A stretch of 62,569 nt of DNA, filler included, from Sphacelaria rigidula (Eukaryota), in the NCBI GenBank assembly GCA_964200075.2. It is 11 parts of 11 records of this genome, joined end to end, with 100 filler letters (N's around TTAATTAATTAA, not from the genome) between each part and the next. Parts side by side here need not be neighbours in the genome. Positions count along the whole stretch, not along the records: positions 56,974 to 62,569 come from CAXNAA020025997.1; 10 more parts are not named here. One strand, given 5' to 3'. A program made the translations under genes and the position numbers. The notes beneath the pieces were generated by a model. The model searched no databases, had not been told where the DNA came from, and saw only the letters and a program-made list of their open reading frames with translations. This document shows, piece by piece, positions 59,901 through 62,569 of this stretch (position 1 is the first letter of the stretch; each line of letters begins with the position of its first letter).

Positions 59901-62456
59901 AATACTCGCAGCGCGACGAGCCGATTTCGAGCCATGGTTGCGCGAAGATTTCGGCGAAGAGGTGGACGACTAGCCGAACACCTTTGTTTTCCGCCACTCC
60001 TTGGCCTCGGCCACGACGGTGCTCCACCCGTGGACAGATAGCACCCTGTGGGGCGCACTGTGCAGGGTCCGTACAGGGTCGTCGACAGTCTTCGTGAAAA
60101 GCCCTGACAGTGAAAACGCAAATCTGTACCTGTCGTAGCGTTTTGTCGAAACCCTGCAAGCAAGCCTGTGGAGAGACCCTCCCAATTTTGAAAATCTCAA
60201 ATTTTCGTTTTTTTTTAATTCTTCATTATATTGGTACAAAATCTGTAAATTTTTCTATTTCCAATAGCTTGTCTTGCTGTTCGAGATAAATTTATTTTTG
60301 CCCGATTCAAAACGGGCGTAAAGGAATTTATATCGGGTAGAAGGACAAGCTATTCAAAACAGATCATTTTCTCGCCCAATTTATTTGGGCAAAACAAAAT
60401 TAATTTCGAACAGCAGAAGAATCTATTCAAAATAGATCCTTTTCTCGCCCATTCGAAATGGGGGAAAGAAAACATCTATTTCGAACAGCTTTTTCTCCTG
60501 CGCAAATTTCCGTGCACACTAGCAGATTTGAAATTTGAACAGCAGAATAAGCTCGAAACAAATCTTCACTTCGCCCTCCACTTCATCCGGAAATCGGGAA
60601 AAAAGAGATATATTTCGAACAGTCTCAGCTGGGTATATCCCGCATACTGCACCGTTATCAGTGTATGGGATCCGACACGCAGAAAAGAGTGTTGAAAGTA
60701 ATCCATCCCTTTGCCCCCTGGTTCATGTATACAGGGGCTAAAGGATCAAACATTCTCAGCAGCTGTTGCTGAATAGATATCCAACACACTGATTACGAGT
60801 GTATGTCCACATGCCTACTAGCTTAGATACGACGCTTCTGCTCGAGGCGTGGATGCAGGGACAATGGTATATACCTCACATATGAGTCCACATAGCTTAT
60901 GAAAATCCCATGGTCCGCAGTCTACCAAAATCACTGAAGTGAGCATGCTTTTGTTTATGGAGGTTTTTGCTTCAAACTTATTAGAAGCACAAAATATTGG
61001 CATTGCCAACAACAAATCAGGTAGCTCAATATATGCAGCTCTTCACACGCCCGAGTACGTAACCGTGAGTTCAATCCCTGGCACCACAGTTTCTCGATCG
61101 TTTTTTTTTGCCAGTACCATGCCCATGCTGTATGGAGTATATTGTATGTGCGTTATGAAGGGTATACAGCATATTAGCAACAATGAACAGTACTCGGGGT
61201 GACGAAACCCTGTGAAGTGTACTGTGCGGTGCAAAAAGTCATCCTACAGCTAAATCCCCGCGAGGAACACTGCATACTTTCCCTGAATCCTGTAGACGTG
61301 CCCCACAGGGTGCTATCTGTTCATTTGTATCATCGCCAGGTAAGGGTCGTCCTTCCATTCCGATTGGTGCTGCAGCTTGGCAAGCACGGCTTGCTCGAAA
61401 TTTTCCGATGCCAACCCCTCCACCAAAGCCTCAGTGATTACTGCTGCCGGGCCGGGAATGAACTCACCATCGGGGGAACAATATTCTAGCTCTACGTTCA
61501 GGTTTTCCGTGAAGAACTAGAACCAAATATCCAAGATGGGCTCCACACGCTCCAACATCGTTTACCCCCGAGAATCCATGGCGACAGCTTTCGCCACGGC
61601 CGCGGACGCTTGGGTCAGATCTACCTCGGCGCCCGCCGCATGGCCAACATGCTTTTCGATCGCCGCAACCAACTACGTCGAGGTGATGGTGCTCTCGTTA
61701 TGTTCCAAACGAGCGAACACTATCTGTACATGGGTGGGCACTTGTGTCATAGTCACCACCTGATGCCGCACGGCATCCCCTGCATTAGCGTGCTCCACAA
61801 GCCTCTCGTACTCTAAGTATTCTGTATAAAAAGTGCGATATGCACTCTCTGAGTACCTGTCTCCGTCCTGGGGAGATCGCAATTCTTCTCGCATGATCAA
61901 GGGTGTCACGGTGGACGTACCTCGGGAGCCGGTAGCCATAGCTGTAGCTGTAACCGGCTACCTGCGAACCTCTGCAGGCCAGCAGACCTTCGCGAATTGC
62001 ACTTTCCTTGCTTCGTCGCCGCACCACACAGTTGTAGGAGCCTCCGAACTCCCGCTGCACGCAGCTTCAGCAAATCTCCAGTCTGGATCAATGCCAGACC
62101 AGCCGCCTTTCTGCAGCCGCCTCCGCTGGAACCCTCTCCACGCGTCGGTGGGTTATAAGGTTCCCACAGCTACTAAACTCCTTCCGCCGAATTCCTTCCA
62201 GCAGAGCTCTAGCACTAACACCAGCGCTAGAACTAATATCGATATTGTTATGCCAGCCAGTGGAAGCACTGTTGGATCACTGCTGTTGAAGGACTCCCAG
62301 TCTTACTCGCCTCAGTTTCAATTGTTGGCCTTGACGACATTTCATTAATCAGGAGTGACGTTCCAGGCGGCTCCATAACCACATCAGGGTATCACCCCGG
62401 TGTCCATGTCATTATCCATATCATCACTACAGACCCTCAGTCATCATCCAATAACA
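56974..62456 (-). mobile_element. Degenerate Ty3/gypsy LTR retrotransposon (putative 5' LTR, gag, protease, internally deleted RT/RNase H, integrase)
   Basis: gag at 61330-61940 and 59850-60024 with ITCHRCGQVGHYARD knuckle; protease VLDSGADFTSL (about 59245-59278); integrase CAH..NAGHRGVAATL...VRQCLH, YDFLYMG, WVSDTATHF, WSNG.CERM, TPYHVMFGR, GDYVLYAR..KL...WTGPWRV. Candidate LTR at 62033-62456 (TGTTAT...CA) and PBS-like TGGTGCGG at 62026 are lower confidence. Confidence 0.9.
60025..61329. mobile_element. Non-autonomous TIR element (CMC/EnSpm-like, 2-bp TSD) nested in gypsy gag
   Basis: TIRs CACCCGTGGACAGATAGCACCCTGTGGGGC and GCCCCACAGGGTGCTATCTGTTCATTTGTA; TC duplicated at 60023-24 and 61330-31. 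Removal restores the gag frame DDPYLAM-STVVAEAKEW. Confidence 0.85.
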
Positions 62457-62569
62457 GTGGATCCTAGAAAATGAGGTTCATACAAAATACGGGGTTGAAG
62501 TGGCATTTCTCTTTTGCAGGGAAGACGCGAAACACTTGCGTCCGAGCGAAGCCATCTTCCCCCCCAAAT

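Overview
This window is not one locus. It is 11 unrelated eukaryotic draft-assembly contigs (5598 to 5596 bp, sorted by length) joined by artificial N44-TTAATTAATTAA-N44 spacers: 1-5598, 5699-11296, 11397-16994, 17095-22692, 22793-28389, 28490-34086, 34187-39783, 39884-45480, 45581-51177, 51278-56873 and 56974-62569. Short GT-AG exons in long repeat-filled introns, C/G homopolymers, TACTG microsatellites and the repeat families point to a brown alga (inference). Host genes are present only as fragments: four exons of a GT48 1,3-beta-glucan synthase, one exon of UDP-glucuronate decarboxylase, two exons of an ArAE/FUSC-like membrane protein and the first exon of a secreted protein. Most of the rest is transposon-derived: two degenerate Ty3/gypsy elements, a degenerate APE-RT LINE, tRNA-derived SINEs and many MITEs. 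The most notable signal is an AcademX-type DNA transposon, with a DDE transposase on contig 9 and an XPG/FEN-like nuclease plus Cys-rich CXC domain on contig 6. To my knowledge this superfamily is reported from animals, fungi and a red alga. Also notable is a set of non-LTR retroelement 3' ends that have no poly(A), stop a few bases after TGA, mostly beside C-rich sequence, and include 22-28 bp micro-insertions with long target-site duplications. All family calls rest on manual translation and motif recognition; no database searches were run.
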